A stretch of 64,000 nucleotides of DNA from the NCBI RefSeq assembly GCF_037042905.1, contig NC_087250.1:24926001-24990000 (forward strand). The letters run 5' to 3'. The position numbers and the translations under genes were made by a program. Origin of the DNA: Lytechinus pictus. Its lineage: Eukaryota. Numbering within the stretch: position 1 is the first letter of the stretch; each line of letters starts with the position of its first letter. A model generated the notes under the pieces. The model saw only the letters and a program-made list of their open reading frames with translations, had not been told where the DNA came from and did no database searches. Below, piece after piece: positions 35,691-50,275 of the stretch.

Positions 35691-37153
35691 CAGTGGCGTA
35701 CCGTGGGTCACGGCATTGGGGGGGCATCAGCAAAATTTTCGAGTCACTTAGGGAGCGCGCGAAGCGCGCTCAGTTGCCAGGTATACTGACCTAACAGAGA
35801 CATTTTAAGGACATGCAGTGCCATTAAACGGATATGTATCTCACTGATTAAATAATGCGAGCGCGAAGGGACATTATAAGCACATTTTTTTCTAATCATG
35901 ATACGTACCTGTCTCGCTAAACGAACAATGCGAGCACGAAGCGCGAGCTGAAATTCTTGTATACATTGACCCCAAACAGGGACATTTTAAGGACTATATT
36001 TTACGAATCCATTAAGAGAATACATATCTCAGCATAGTCATCTTATGCTAGTGCTATCCTTTGTTGATTTTGTTAAAATTACATCTAAACACATTAAGTA
36101 CTTTTTGTAGTCATTGTAATCATGATAATCATACGCACCTCACTAATCAAATACTACGAGCGCGAAGTGCGAGCTGAAAATTTAGGAAATTCAGACCTGA
36201 CGAGGGGCATTCTAAGGCTTGTTTGTAGGAATTCACTATAAGACCGTACGTATTTCACTAACCAAATGAGCTGATCGCAAAGCGCCAGCTGAATTTTTGG
36301 TATATATTGACCCCAAACAAGGATATTTTAAGGACTATCTTTTTTAGGAATCTATGAAGAGTATCTCACCATAGTCATCTATTGCGAGTGCCAAGCGCTT
36401 TCTGATTTTGTTAGAATTACATCTAAACACATGAAGCACATTTTGTTGTCATAGTCATACGCATCTCACTAATCAAATACTGCGAGCGCGAAGCGCGAGC
36501 TGAAAATTTAGGAAATTCAGACCTGAAGAGGGGCATTCTAAGGCTTGTTTGCAGGAATTCACTAAGACCGTACGTATTTCACTAACCAAATGATGTGAGC
36601 GCGAAGCGCGAGCTAAAAAAAATGTATATTGAGGTCAGAAAAATTCACATTTTAAGGACTGATTTTAGGAATTCATGAAGAACAGACATCTCACCAATCA
36701 ACTAATGCGATCGTTAGCACGGACAGGAAATCTTTTATATTAAGATCTTAAAATAGGGCAATCACTTTAAGTGATCATGAAAAAGAAACAAAGTCACTAC
36801 ATAAAACAATAATAACTCGATTTGCGAGGAATTATATTCGGCGTACAGTATATTGATTTGAAAACGGGAGGTTTTAGTAAAACAGGATTATATATCTCGT
36901 TAAACAGTCTATGCGAGCACCAGGAACAATGAATACATAGACCCTGAGCAAATAATGTTTCATAAAGTGATGAAAAAATGCTTCTCATGTAATATAACAT
37001 AATATAATATAACATTATAATGAAAAATAATTTCTTCTTTCCCCACTACGTTTCTCTTCCTTTCCCCCTCTTTTTCTCCATTTCTCAGTTTTTTGGCCAG
37101 CCGATGGGGGGGGGGTGACACGTGCCCCCCATGCCCCCGTAGTTACGCCACTG
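35691..37153. mobile_element. hAT-like non-autonomous element with internal gcgagcgcgaagcgcgagc repeats
   Basis: TIR cagtggcgta / tacgccactg. 8-bp TSD tataaaat / tgtaaaat. Confidence 0.85.
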
Positions 37154-38126
37154 TGTAAAATGTTTTGTTTGGGGTAAAATACATACAGTTTGTCTTTTCA
37201 CAATTTACAATGACTTCATTTGCTTTAAACCAGTCATTTATTTTTTGAAGTTCTCGGTTGGTGGTATCAATAATTAGATTGAGGAGATTGTACTCGGATG
37301 CAACACTGTAGTGTCATCGGCAAATAATACCGTTTCAAAAATTGATACATTGCATAAATCATTTTTATACTACATTGGAAAAATCAAAAGTTTTGTTATT
37401 CGAAGTAAATTCAAAGGAAATGAGAATGAAGATTGTTGACGGACGCAAGGTTACCATCTATACAATAAATATTCTTGTAATACATATCATTGTAACTTGC
37501 CCCGTCCCGTTGCATAAAAGTTGCTATTATATTGAGAAGGAATGTTTTCTTTAAATAATTTGATTATTTTCTTACTGTTGTAATGTTAAATTGGCTACCC
37601 CTATTGGGTTGCATCAGGCTATTTAAATTTGCTGTAGTTTGGTGAAAAATGGCTATTGTTCAAAGTGTATTCAGGTATGCATTTAAGCATCCCTGGATAT
37701 ACTTGGCTTGGTTGATCTCTTGACCAATCAAGAGTCAGCTGGGGGTAGCAATAATGTACCCCCAATAGGTATAGGAGGCTTTCTTTTCAAACCAGCTAGA
37801 GCACGAATTTGGCGGGAAGAGGGCAGAAGAGATTGAGCTTTTGAAGAAGAAGGTTTTCTTCCCCGTGTCAATTTGAGTCAAAGTACAACTCAACATATTT
37901 ATATGCAATGATTAATTTACTAGAGGATGTTTGCATACACTGTAATTACCAAAGTAAATTAACCCAGAGATACTGAGAGCGAGGCTGTTTTTCTTGGAAT
38001 AAAATACCTGTACCACCGCAAACCAGTCAGGACTTGGCTTCTTTCATTACTTTTAGGGGGACATTGGTGGAGGAACCAGTTTTGCCCCCCCCCCCCCCCC
38101 AAAAAAAAAAAATATATATATATATG

Positions 38127-38202
<76 letters not shown>

Positions 38203-38204
38203 CG

Positions 38205-38302
38205 CTTGCCAGAAGATCGCACCTCACGTAGGTTGCGTGAAACTCAGAGTTTCAATTAAATTTGATGAACCTCCATCAACCTTGTGAACTTGTGTTTATT
38301 AT
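38205..38302 (+). mobile_element. Single-arm copy of the same hammerhead-bearing element end (core mutated to CAGAAGA)
   Basis: gatcgcacctcacgtaggttgcgtgaaactcagag...cttgtgaacttgtgtttattat matches 62282-62370. Adjoins (TA)n. Confidence 0.8.
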
Positions 38303-39155
38303 GTATACATGTATATACATTTAATGGGGGCAAAACGGGTCCCTATTTGTTTGTTTTAGTTGAAATTTTGGCAAGCACGATAGGGGAATGTAAACAAATC
38401 CATGTTTTAATACACAGTATACTGCATTTTATTGCCACATTGATTGATCCATGAAAAATGTGTCTTTTTTTCAATAACATTTATATCTACCTTTGACAAT
38501 TTGCATCAAAACATCAAACATAATCAAATAATCAGTAGACCTACGGAAGACGAAACAAGTATTTAGTATTGAAACACTTGGAGACCTACACAGTCAGATC
38601 AGCACATAGTCTCACACGTGCCCACGCTAGGCCATTGTGGTATTGAATAAACCAACGTCGAAAATATCTCAAGTCCCCGGAATCCCCATCAAAAATTTTA
38701 ATCTAGCCCCACGCCTGTTTAAAGATTATATTGCTGCATGTTTTTAAGGTAGGCCTAGCTTTTGAATATTGTGTCTAATGATTCATTTTCTAGCAAAAAA
38801 ATCAACTATGTTGTAAAGTGAGTGAAATTAATTCGTAAAATTGAGCACCTTGTTTTTGTTTTCTTATCTTTTTGGGGTGGGGTGGTCAATGACGCAGCTG
38901 CTATTGTGTCAAAGTGACATTGCCAGCCTTCATTTGGACTGATCAAGAGATATTCCATATCAGACTAGTTTTGATAGAATCGAAATTGTAGAGAATATAC
39001 AGCTAAGAATCTCCCATTGAACTTTCGTCAATTGGTACTGAACTTCAAGCATTGTTTACTAACTTCAACGAATTAACCTTAAAAGTTAACAGACATGAAT
39101 ATAACCTTCATAGATGTCATTGTGATAATTACTTTTGTAGAATCAATCCCCACTC

Positions 39156-39213
<58 letters not shown>

Positions 39214-42200
39214 CCCTAAGAATAGCCAACCTTAAGCATAATAATAAAATGTATTAGTTTTGTAAATCTGTCGGGATCCTTATTAAATAAATTCCGTCAA
39301 ACGTAGACAAATTAAACAAATCCATGAACGATTTTTTTTTTTAATTCTAAAAAAATTATTGATTTTTTGACATTCGTATTTGGATGTGTTTTATAAGAGT
39401 ATAATAAGAATTCCAGGTGATATATAGTTTTTTATTGCATGGTGAGGCCATGAGATTTTAGACAGCATATTGTTTAAAGAAAAAAAAAGAGAAGTAAAGG
39501 CGATAAAAAAATTATCATCATCATTGAAAACTCGAAACATTGAGTTATTTGTTTGTTTTCAGTTGGAACTTGGCCGAGCACGATTGATGAATGATTGTCT
39601 TTTTTATCATTAACAAACACGGTTGATAGTGCATTATCTAATGGAGTTTTTTGTGTTGATAGTTCCTTCAAAATATTTATTTTAATATGTTAAAACGACG
39701 CAAGTATTAATTATTTTCGATAATGAATGGGTTCAAAGGACAGCATTGTCTTAAAGCTTTTGCTGCCCCCTGCACCTCTCAACTTGTATAATTGTTCCAC
39801 ATAAGAGATATCCAAGAAGGGGTTGAGCTTTTGAATCCCTATACGGGAAGCCATCAGGATGGTAAATTGTCAATTCGTCTATTACCAACTCGTCCACTCA
39901 TCACATGGTCAATCTCCATTTAGTCTAATGCCTTTCATTCCATCGACATTTCGTCTAACAGCCATTTGATTAAAAAAAACCACTTCGTCTAATCACCATT
40001 CGCATTACCATTTCGTTGGTCTAATACTCACTTACTTTTCATTCATTTCGCCCAATTAGACCAAATAATCTATTATGGACTTAACTGGTTATGAATAGAA
40101 ATGGTGAGTGGACGAGTTGGTGATACCATGTGGAAAGTGATGGTAGACCGAATTATAGTATACGAGTTGGTAATTGGACGAACTGGCATAAGACCAATAA
40201 ACCATCACAATCCCCATCCTAGAACCTTATGATCACAGAGTCACAGACGCCAGCAAAAATATTTTCTTTTCATAGGCCTATTTGGAAGAAATATCTAAAA
40301 AAAAATTCACCTGAACTTCAAGGTTGTTCGGGAAAGATATTTTAATGGTAATTCAACTGCACGTTACTGAACCAACCACGATGACGGTTGTTTCCTTCCG
40401 CGGTTCCCAATTAGCACCTGAGGGTGAATAGCAATGGGGTAAGATTCTTGCCAAAATAAATTAGTCTCGAGACAAGAATCGAACCCATAACCCTGTGATT
40501 CACAGTCTGAGAACTTGACCACTAGACCACGACTCACTGTCAACCATATCATTATCATGAATTCAGACAAGAGTATTGTATCTAATCACTGATATTGAGG
40601 GTGCAAGATATAAAGTCACAGGCGAAAATTCTGAAAAGCAGGGAGAAAGTGATGAGAGCGAGCGAGGAAACGAAGCGAGCGAGCAACATTTTTACCTTTC
40701 TACCACAAAATCTTATAGATTTTGACATTACATTCAGAATATGATTTTCAATAATAATTTTCTTTCCCTGTTTTCTTGAAGATTTCGGGGTCCAAGGCCG
40801 CCAACTTGAGCCCCCCCCCCCCCCCCCATTAGTAGGCCCAACACAAAGCCAATTATATAATAGTAGTTTAATCATTGTAATTTTTTTAGTTTTTTTATAG
40901 TAAATCTTCGGTCCATTCTTCAATTCTAGTATCAGTAAACATTTATAAGTTTACTTTTTTTCTCATTTCTCCAAATCGAAATCTGATGCTTAATTTTTTC
41001 AGCCGTGTTATCACGCATTTATGCTTAATTCCGTCAAGCCAGAAACACTTTCCTTGTCTCCCTAAAGCAACGAATGTTGCTAATTACACTTATGTAGATG
41101 GAAGTTATCAATAATTTGTATTAATGTAAATCAGATAAAGGAAACTACAGAAGATGTTCAATTTCACTCTTGTCAAAGCAAATACGAATAAGAAATAAAG
41201 TGTTTCTTTTTCTTTTTTTGCCAAAAAAAACCCCAACAAGTTAGAGAAGTTTTTAAATTGTCTTTATGCACAGAAATAGAAAAGATATTTATGTCAGAAA
41301 ACGGTATAGTGAAAAAAAATTGTTTTTTAAATAATGTTTGATTTTTTTAAGAGAGAAGAGCTATCTCAAGACTTACACTTTTATATAAATCTGTAAATAA
41401 TATTGCTTCAATCAACGTAGGGGGTGATTATATACGTGTCGTACGGGTCATTTAGAGAACATTTGACAGTTTTTCGACAAGAAGAACGAACAATATTACA
41501 GTAACTAAAGATGATCATCAAGTACTACCAGAGTGTTAGGAAAACCAAGACTTAAACTGACTTGAATTCACATCCTGTATAATACAGATTTAAAATATTA
41601 TAGTAATGTGTCGTACGTACGGCACATGTCCTGTATCACACACTCTGTCGTAAGGGACAACTTTTAATAGGACAATTAATGAAAAATGAAGGGCAGTAAT
41701 TAAATCCTTATAGGATAAATTGATCACCCATGGGTCAAATACAGAGAAACTCATATTGTAAGATTGCATCATTAAAAATAAAAGTGGAGGAAAAACTTTT
41801 GCATTTTCATGTGTCGTACGGGACATTGCCTAAAATAGGTTCGGAATAATCAGGGCTGCCCCTATTATGGATCATGAAAATGTTGTAGATATTATTTGGA
41901 ACCATCCATGATACATTACTCCATTGACTTGCAATATTTTCAATCTTCTTGTGCTTTGCCAATTATGGTTTCAGGCAGTGTTTGTACTTGACTATTTAAT
42001 CAGCAAAATTATTGAAAATCGAAAATTCCATTGTTTCCCCCTAAAAAAACTATATCTGACTTCACTTTTTGTAAAAAATTATAATTTTCATAAAATCTAG
42101 GTATCATAGTAAAATATTACACTACTTATGACCTATTGAAAGCATTTTGAAATTTATGATTATCTTTGAAGTTCTAGTGTGGAATCGCCCTTGGTTGATA

Positions 42201-43770
42201 TTTTACAACTCCCCCTCAAAATTCTGTCAGGACACGGAAATTATCTTTCTCCCGATCAACAACAACAAAAAAAGACTGCTTCAAGTACTCTTTCATTCCA
42301 AGAACAAAGGGCGGATCCAGGATTTTCAAAAAGGGGGAGCAAATTTTCTAGAGGAAATATTTGACAACCCCTCCCCCCCAAAAAAAAGGTTTTTTCTATT
42401 CCATTTCGTCCACGAAAAAGTTTGACAAGCAAAATAAAAAGCAAAAAAAAAGGTCTTCACTTCAAAGGGGGGGGCCACAAGTCTTGTGTTTTCACGGAAT
42501 CCCCCCCCCCCTTCCCTGTTTCCGCCAATGCCAAGGACTATGGCAGAATTGAATATACAACCAGCAGACACACGTAAAGTTAAATCGATTGATGGTCTTA
42601 AGACAAGGCTAAACAAAATTCAAATGTTTACTTTCATCCAGGAGGGGGGGGGGCACATCATATTACAGACGCCTGCATCAATTATATCCCGATTGAGGAG
42701 TATGCATGCAGTAACAGGAAGAAGGAAGAAAAAGAAGTTTCAGTAGTCTCTTTTTTTCTTTGCTTTATTTCTTTGTTTCTTTCTTTCTTTTCGTTCTTTC
42801 TTTCTTTTTCTTTCTTCCCTCCTTTTATTTTCATCTTCTTTCTTAGTTTGTTCTGCTGGACAACTGATTATGCTGAAGCTTACAACTAGTTTGAATATGT
42901 TATGTCAGGTTTTTTATAATAAACATTTTCCCCTAAAAAGGCAAAACAGTAGGGTGAGAGGAACGTGGATGAGTGACATCATCTTTAGTTTAATTAAATA
43001 CAAGAAATTTTTGCATAAACCAAGCAGTTCTAATGAATCTAAATATAAAAGAATTAGAAAATACTTTAAATACTACAATAACGAATGTAAAGAAACAATA
43101 TTTTGACAAAAGAAATGCTGCATTTAAAAGTAACATTATAAAGCAACATGGAATCTTGTAGACTTAATAAAGGGGACACAGGTTTTTGTGATATTAAAAT
43201 GAAGTGTAGCATTAATTCCTAAGGTTGAAAAAACAAAATTTATTGGTGTAAACATTGATTCAAAATGACTTAGAAATTTCTCATACAAAATATAGAGAAG
43301 AAAATATAAAAAATATATATCCAGATTAAGTTATTTTTACCAGCTTATATATCATGTATATTGCGAATGTTGTATTCCACACTTATATTGCCATATTTGT
43401 CTTATTGTAACTTAATTTGAGGTAGTACTTTTCAGTCTAACTTAAAGAAACTTGTTAAAACAAAATAATATAGTTAGAATTTATCCGGGGGGGGGGCACT
43501 CGACCAAAAAAGTGGTAGGGGTGTGCCGCGGGCGAGACAAAAAACGGGGGCCTTGGAGCGGGCTTCGGAACTACAAATGTTTGTAAAACGGGGGTCCTTG
43601 GAACGGGTCGCCTGCGTGCGAGTGCGTATGCATCCCTATTACCCCTTTTCCACTAGGGCCAGGACAGCGTCAGGACAAGGCGCGGAATGTAATAATTGCA
43701 ATCCGCGACCCTTCCGCAACCTGTCAGGACATTCCTGGGAGTGTCCGCACGCTGTCCTAAACCCTTCCTG

Positions 43771-44598
43771 GGGTGGTATTCTGAGATCCATTTTATCTCA
43801 TTTAAAATAAAATATTTTATCTCCGTTAAAATCAGTGAGATAAAATACCCTTAAAATCTCTCCGAATTGGTATTCTGAGAACAATTTTATCTTCATTTTA
43901 TCTCTGTAAGACACACCTACTTTTTAATCAATATCCAATTAGAAACGCGCTTTTATAGCTCTCTCATATCACTCAACCAATGGAAATCCATTCCGCTAGG
44001 AGGTGTGGCAAAGGAGTGAGATTGCGTCAATTTATTGACTTCAATACGCTTGCACTATACGCTTGCGCGTCTTTACAGAGATTTCTTTTGAACAAAAATG
44101 GCAATACTCTCATCTTTTTTTCGAAGTCTATATCGCATCTTTTCAAGCATCATTTCAAAGACAATATTAGTCAAGAAAAGTCTTATGAAATGCTTCCTGA
44201 TTGTACATGAATAACTTTAAGGTGTTGTTCTCAATGAATATATAATTTTTCTTAATTTTCATGCCAACATTTGGAGTTAATTCACTTAAAAATATTGACG
44301 AAATCAACGTCGCGGAGATAAAATAGCCCCTACCCTCTTTTAAGTTTATTTTATTTTTTCTTCAAAGTAACTTGGGCGCAAGCACATCACCCGCGTTGCA
44401 ATGGCCAGATACGCGATGGGTATGTCTACGCAGCCACTGCTCTGTTGCGTATCATCATAGATACGCAAGATAAAATTTATACGCAAGATAAAATTGTAAA
44501 TTTAATCTGAGAGATAAAATGTCATCTCAGAATACCAATTTCATTTTAAGAGATAAAATAAAATATTTTAAAGATAAAATGACCTCAGAATACCGCCC
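43771..44598. mobile_element. PIF/Harbinger-like MITE
   Basis: TIR gggtggtattctgag / ctcagaataccgccc, CWG 3-bp flanks, ttttatct subterminal repeats. Confidence 0.75.
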
Positions 44599-47500
44599 CA
44601 GGGCCGCCGACCGGGCAGCGAATCTATTAGACTAACCGGCAGGTTTAATAATACAACAATGTTCGATACAGTAATATACAAGAATAATAAACAAATATAT
44701 CAGGCTTTGAGAAAGTATAGTGGAATTATTTATCCGAGGTTGGTCTGGCAGTTACTATTTTTCCCGAGAGTGGAATCGTGAATAAAATAGCGTATCTAAC
44801 CATGGTAACAGGCGTCAATATGGCGCACTGTGACAAAAGCGCGCATCAGAATTGGACATTTTTTATACACGCCCCAGATACGCTCTAACTTAACGTAATT
44901 TATACAGGAAATCTGCATAAACCATGGACTCAACAGTGGGTTTTCAAAACCACCTTTGTGGATTCGGGCCATAAGGTCTTTTTTTGTTAATGTGATCCAT
45001 ATTCACCAAAAAATTTTCCTACAAAGTGCTTGAAATACAGAGCTTAAATTGACCCTTCTCAGATCGGAATATCAAATATTTTAAGCTTACGCTTCTCGCT
45101 CACTTTATTGATTTTCATAGTAAAAAAAAAGGCATTTAGAATGCCCACTTAGATTCTATGTCGAAATCTGAGACACACGCGCATGTTTATTCAGATATGC
45201 AGCTTGTTCCCTACTTAAATCATTATCCAGTTTCATATCACAATATTAAAAAAATTCTCCTCGTACTTCGCGCTCGCAATATTAATGTAGGAAGATTTCC
45301 AATTATTCATCCTTTTCACGATTTACAAATCATGAATAGAATCTCGAATTTTTCCGCTCGCGCTCGCATCAATATTGTTTAGTTACATACTTATCCTTTT
45401 CATGATTACAAAAAGTGCTTAGAATTTCCATTCTTCAGGTAGAAGTTACCAAATTTTCATTATTTATTTGATTGTTAATATATGTAACGTCTTCAGGGCT
45501 AACTGCAAGCAATCGTTAATAGATCCATTTTTGATCAGGTAAAAACGTGTATATAAAAATTCTGCTCGCGCTTTGCGATAGCTGTAATAGTTGGATACAC
45601 ATCTCGTTTAGGATCACAAACATTGCCCAGAATGTTTAAATTTTAGGACAAAATACAGGATATACCAAAAAATAATAATAGCTCGCGCTTCGCGCTCGCA
45701 CTATTTAGATAAGGCTTATGATATTTTTATATATTTATGTTGAATCACAAGAACAAAGCTTAGAAGTGACCCTTTTAAAGCAATAAACAAAAATCAACTT
45801 CGAGCGACCAATTGGCGATAAATGTGGCTGAAAAAAAATCCGCCTCCCCCCCCCCCCTATTAACGAAGGCTGGATCCACCCCTGTGTCACTATATAAGAT
45901 TTTTGCTCGCGCTTCGCACTCACACTGTTAGGAGATTTACATAACTTGTTCAATATGGAGCTTAAATATCAAGTTTGAAAGTCAATATATACAAAACATA
46001 ATTAGTTCACCTCGGAAAATAAATTTTCATTATTTTGTGTGATTTACTAATTGATTTTAATAAAGTGCTCTGTAAAAATGTCAGTTTTATGGTCTGAATA
46101 TTAAAGTTGTCTGTTCGCGCTGCGCGCTTGAAAATTTGATTTATCAGGTACTTATTATTTTTGTGTATTCCATAAAGTTTTCAAAATATCCCTTTTCAGG
46201 TCTGATTATCAAAACGTATCAGCTAGCTCTGCACGCTCGCATTTTGATTGGCGAGTTATGTATGTGTCAATATTGATTACACAACAAACTACTTAAAATC
46301 CTTTCTTCATGACAGTATATCAAAAATTTCGGCTCGCGATTTGCACTCGCATTTATTCCGCGCCCTCGATTATGCATTAACAAATAAGATATCAATTTAA
46401 TAATTAGATTGTGCATGTTGTTTCATCTCGCGCTGAGCAAGAGGAAAAGGAAGATAGTAATCATTATCATATGATGGCATGTCCTAAGGATGTCCCGGTC
46501 CTATGTCAAAAATCAAAGTAATAATAATGAAAAATATCAGCTCATCATTAAGTGTGATCCAGATATCCACCTCACAATTTTTCTACAAATTGCTTGCAAT
46601 ATAGAGCTGAAATTGACTCTCAAGTTTGAGATCGGAATACCAAAAATTTTCAGCTTGCGCTTTGCGCTCGCATTACTTGATTATTGATATATTTAATGTC
46701 TTCCTGCCTAAGTGCAAGCAGTCCAGACATGTATGGCCTGCCTTTTCAAATAGTTCAAAACGTATATAATTTTTTCTGCTCGCGCTTTGTGAACTTTAAT
46801 TTAAGGAATCTTCGCCGGTTCCATGACAATTGCTCCGCCGACAATTGCTACGCAAAATACGACAACTGCTCCGCCGACAATTGCTCCGGACAGTTGCTCC
46901 GCCGAAAGTTGCTCCGTCGACACTTGCTCCGCCGATATTTGCTCCGTCGACACTTGCTCCGCCGATATTTGCTCCGCCGATATTTGCTCCGCCGATATTT
47001 GCTCTGTCGATATCTGCTCCGATTATACGACAATTGCTCCGCCGATATTTGCTCCGCCGAAAATTGCTCCGATTTTACGACAATTGCTCCGCGACAATTG
47101 CTCCGCCGATATTTTCTCCGCCGAAAATTGCTCCGATTATACGACAATTGCATGAACATCTTATTTCTCCAATGATACAAATTGCTTGTTGTTGTTTTGT
47201 TCTTGTTATTCGTTAATGTTTTATTCATCTCATTCTCCCCCTATCATCACAGCTCCCTGCTGCTGCCACTTGACAAATTGTAACGGAGAAGGGGAATGAC
47301 ACACTCCTCATTGAAATTGTGAATCTGGATTTTTGTTCATATATCATTATCATTGGTTTCACTCCGGTCTTGAGCGGGGAGAGAATTTGGGGGGGGGGGG
47401 GTGCTGGACACAATATCTCTTCTATTTTCAAGCAACTTATACACCATACATTCGCGCGGGCTCTCTCTCTCTTTTTCTCGTTTTGTTCTTTCACGTTGTT

Positions 47501-47821
47501 TATTTTCATTGGTGACTGCTTGATTTATTGTATATTTATCACCATTATAATTATAAATATTTTTATCAATAATTTTTATTTACGTCTTGGGCCAATTACC
47601 CTTGCACCATTTTTCTTTCAATTTGTTTCAAACGAAAGTATGATCATCACTGGCGTACAGATGGGGGAGGGGCGTGCTAGGGGCCACGGATCCCCCCCCC
47701 CCCCCATTCTCCCTACCAATGAAAAAAAAGAATAAAGGAAAGGAAAATAAATGTCATCCTTGTCTGGCCCCCTCCATTTCTTTTTGTTGGCTCATTACGA
47801 AACTGGTGAGTTACTAGCGTT

Positions 47822-48138
47822 GTGGAGCGTTGTGGCCCAGTGGATTAGTCTTCTGACTTTGAAACAGAGGGTCGTGGGTTCGAATCCCAGCCGTGGCGTA
47901 ATTTCCTTCAGCAAGAAATTCATCCACATTGTGCTGCACTCTACCCAGGTGAGGTGAATGGGTACCTGGCAGGAATTGATTCCTTGAAATGCGTGTGCGC
48001 TGTAATCTTAGTAATTACGGTTGCCAAGCTACAGCTGGGGTAATAATATCCAAGTCCTTTGGAAGCACATAGAGACATTATTCATAATGTGATATGCGCT
48101 ATACAATAACTGTTTATTATCATTATTATTATTATTAC
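47822..48138 (+). mobile_element. tRNA-derived SINE, family A
   Basis: gtggagcgttgtggcccagtgg...gggttcgaatccc...(ATT)n tail. Confidence 0.88.
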
Positions 48139-48680
48139 TATAAAACTACACTTCGGTTGTATTTTTGTTCTATTCTGTGCAATAGCGACAATATAAATAT
48201 ATTTTAATAACTGAATATGTATCTCCCTCATTACGTCTAAACAAATATTGTTATTTCTAAAAGACAATAATATATATACCAGTAATAATACAGTTACAAA
48301 TTCATGAAACCCAATACGCATCTAACTGAATTTATAATGCGAGCACGAAGCGCGAGCTGTTATTGACTTGGAAAGGGGACATTTATACGTTTTTTTTCAA
48401 TTGTAAACATGAAGCATATATCTTGGGGGGGGGGATATCTCGTAAAAGAAATGAGAGCGCGATGCGCTAATTTAATATTTTTGAGTTTATTTACCAGAAA
48501 AGGGACATTTTGAGATCGTGAACTTGAGACATATTCAAGGAGTGGACCAAGCTTTCGCCACTAGGGTTGGGGGGGGGGGTGGAAAAAAATTTTCATCCTT
48601 ATTTTCGCCGATCAGCCGCTAAAAGCGGAGTTTTATTATTTTGTTTAAGGGTTAGTCCTAACTAAAGACTAAAGTTTAAA

Positions 48681-49140
48681 GTGGAACCGTCGTGGTGTGG
48701 TGTAGCAGTTCTGACTCTTGGCTTGTACTTAAACGGTCGTGTTTTCGAATCCCACCTTAGTGTAGCATCCTTTGGCAAGTCGTTAATCAACACTTTGCCA
48801 TTCTCAACCATATCAACCCTGGTGCTAAATTGTAAGATGTGAAAGTTACTGTAGCTTGTCCTGCATGTCCTGCATTGTGTGCGCCTCATCGCCGGTGACA
48901 GGCTGGGATACTCCCCACTTCCCCAGGGAGTGGAGGATGTGCATACGTTGTGTGCGGGAATAGCTGATTAAAATGATGACCGGGGTGATAAATATGTAAG
49001 CGCTTAGATACATACAATGTCTTATGCGCATTATAGATAACCAGATGATTGTTATTGTCATTATTATTTTTATTATTATTATTATTACTATTTTCATCAA
49101 AATTACTATTATCATTATTGTTATAAGTAGTAGTAGTATT
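48681..49140 (+). mobile_element. Degenerate SINE with (ATT)n tail
   Basis: tRNA-like head ...ttcgaatcccacc, tail tgtaagcgcttaga followed by ATT repeats. Confidence 0.55.
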
Positions 49141-49830
49141 ATTTGTATTATATTTCATTCTCCTTCATTTCATCTTTTAAAATATTTCAAAATATTTTGA
49201 TATCCGTTCCAGAAATTAATCAAAAGGACACGTATCTCGCCAATTAAATTATGGGGGAGCTAAGCTGAAACTTTTTTTCATTGGTTATGAAAACGGAATA
49301 TTAAAAAAAAAACATGATGATGTTCCGTATGTTACTAAATAGCGCAATATGCGAGCTGGGATTATTTATAGGCCTACTGGTATGACGATCACAGTGGCAT
49401 AATGCGCCAAAAATGGCTGATGGAACAACAGTTCTAAAAAGGATGCGAGCGAGCAAAGCAAGCGAGCAAAATTTTTGACATTTTTAATACAGAAATCTAT
49501 TTTTTTTAAAGAAATTGACATACTATTCAGAAAATAATATACCATTTCTTCCTTTCCATTTCATTTTCTTTCTTGTTCTCTTTTTTTCTTGGTCGTGAAA
49601 AATTTGGGGGCACATGGCCCCCCAAGCCGCCCCCATCTCGCCAGTGGACGCCCATGATATTCCCTGGAACTTGGTGCGCCCCACTGCGATTTTTTATCTA
49701 GGAGCGTCGAGGAACGTAAGATGGGATGTAGGCATGCGTGTTAGACCGCGTTGCCGGGGAGGGGGGTCATTTTCATTACACAGCGTGTACGTCTTACGTG
49801 AAGACAAGGCGTTGGTACAGTGCATACACC

Positions 49831-50172
49831 ATGGAAATAATCGAAAACATCGGGGGGGGGGTCGAACTCGGACATGAAGGGTTTCTTTATGTAAAAAAAA
49901 AAGAAGCCGACAAACAGGACAAATTCGCTAGCAGTGCGAATTTCAGCGGAGTTCCCATTGTAGTTGGGCAATAACAACAGATGGACCACCAGCTTATGGC
50001 AACCCTCAGGGGCGTGTTGTCCATAAAGGCAGGGGCTGAAAAGGGCGGCGCAAGATATAAACTCTGGCCCTACCACGCAGCTGATCGGAGACCATTTACT
50101 CGGTGCAACGGATGATGTAAGGGCAAACATTTGGTCCTTGGCAATGGCAACCCGAGATGTGCAACGGCAGAG
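49831..50172 (+). pseudogene. Decayed FLYWCH zinc-finger / MULE transposase N-terminus
   Basis: Read across frameshifts: MEIIENIGGGVELGHEGFLYVKKK / GQIR*QCEFQRSSHCSWAITTD / RAAQDINSGPTTQLIGDHLLGATDDVRANIWSLAMATRDVQRQR|gt. Confidence 0.65.
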
Positions 50173-50275
50173 GTAATGTATGATGTTTAAAGAAAACAAC
50201 AAAACAACAACAACACTACAACACCCACAGTCATGAAGATGATAATGATGTTGATAATGATGACGATAATAATAT

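Noticed and set aside
46684..47228. Overlapping repetitive ORFs (CSADI / APPIF / LLRR)
   Set aside because: These are translations of the 15-bp arm repeats of the foldback transposon, open in several frames.
47822..47895. tRNA genes here and at 15460-15531, 57170-57243 and 1058-1130
   Set aside because: These are tRNA-like heads that continue into SINE bodies and tails.
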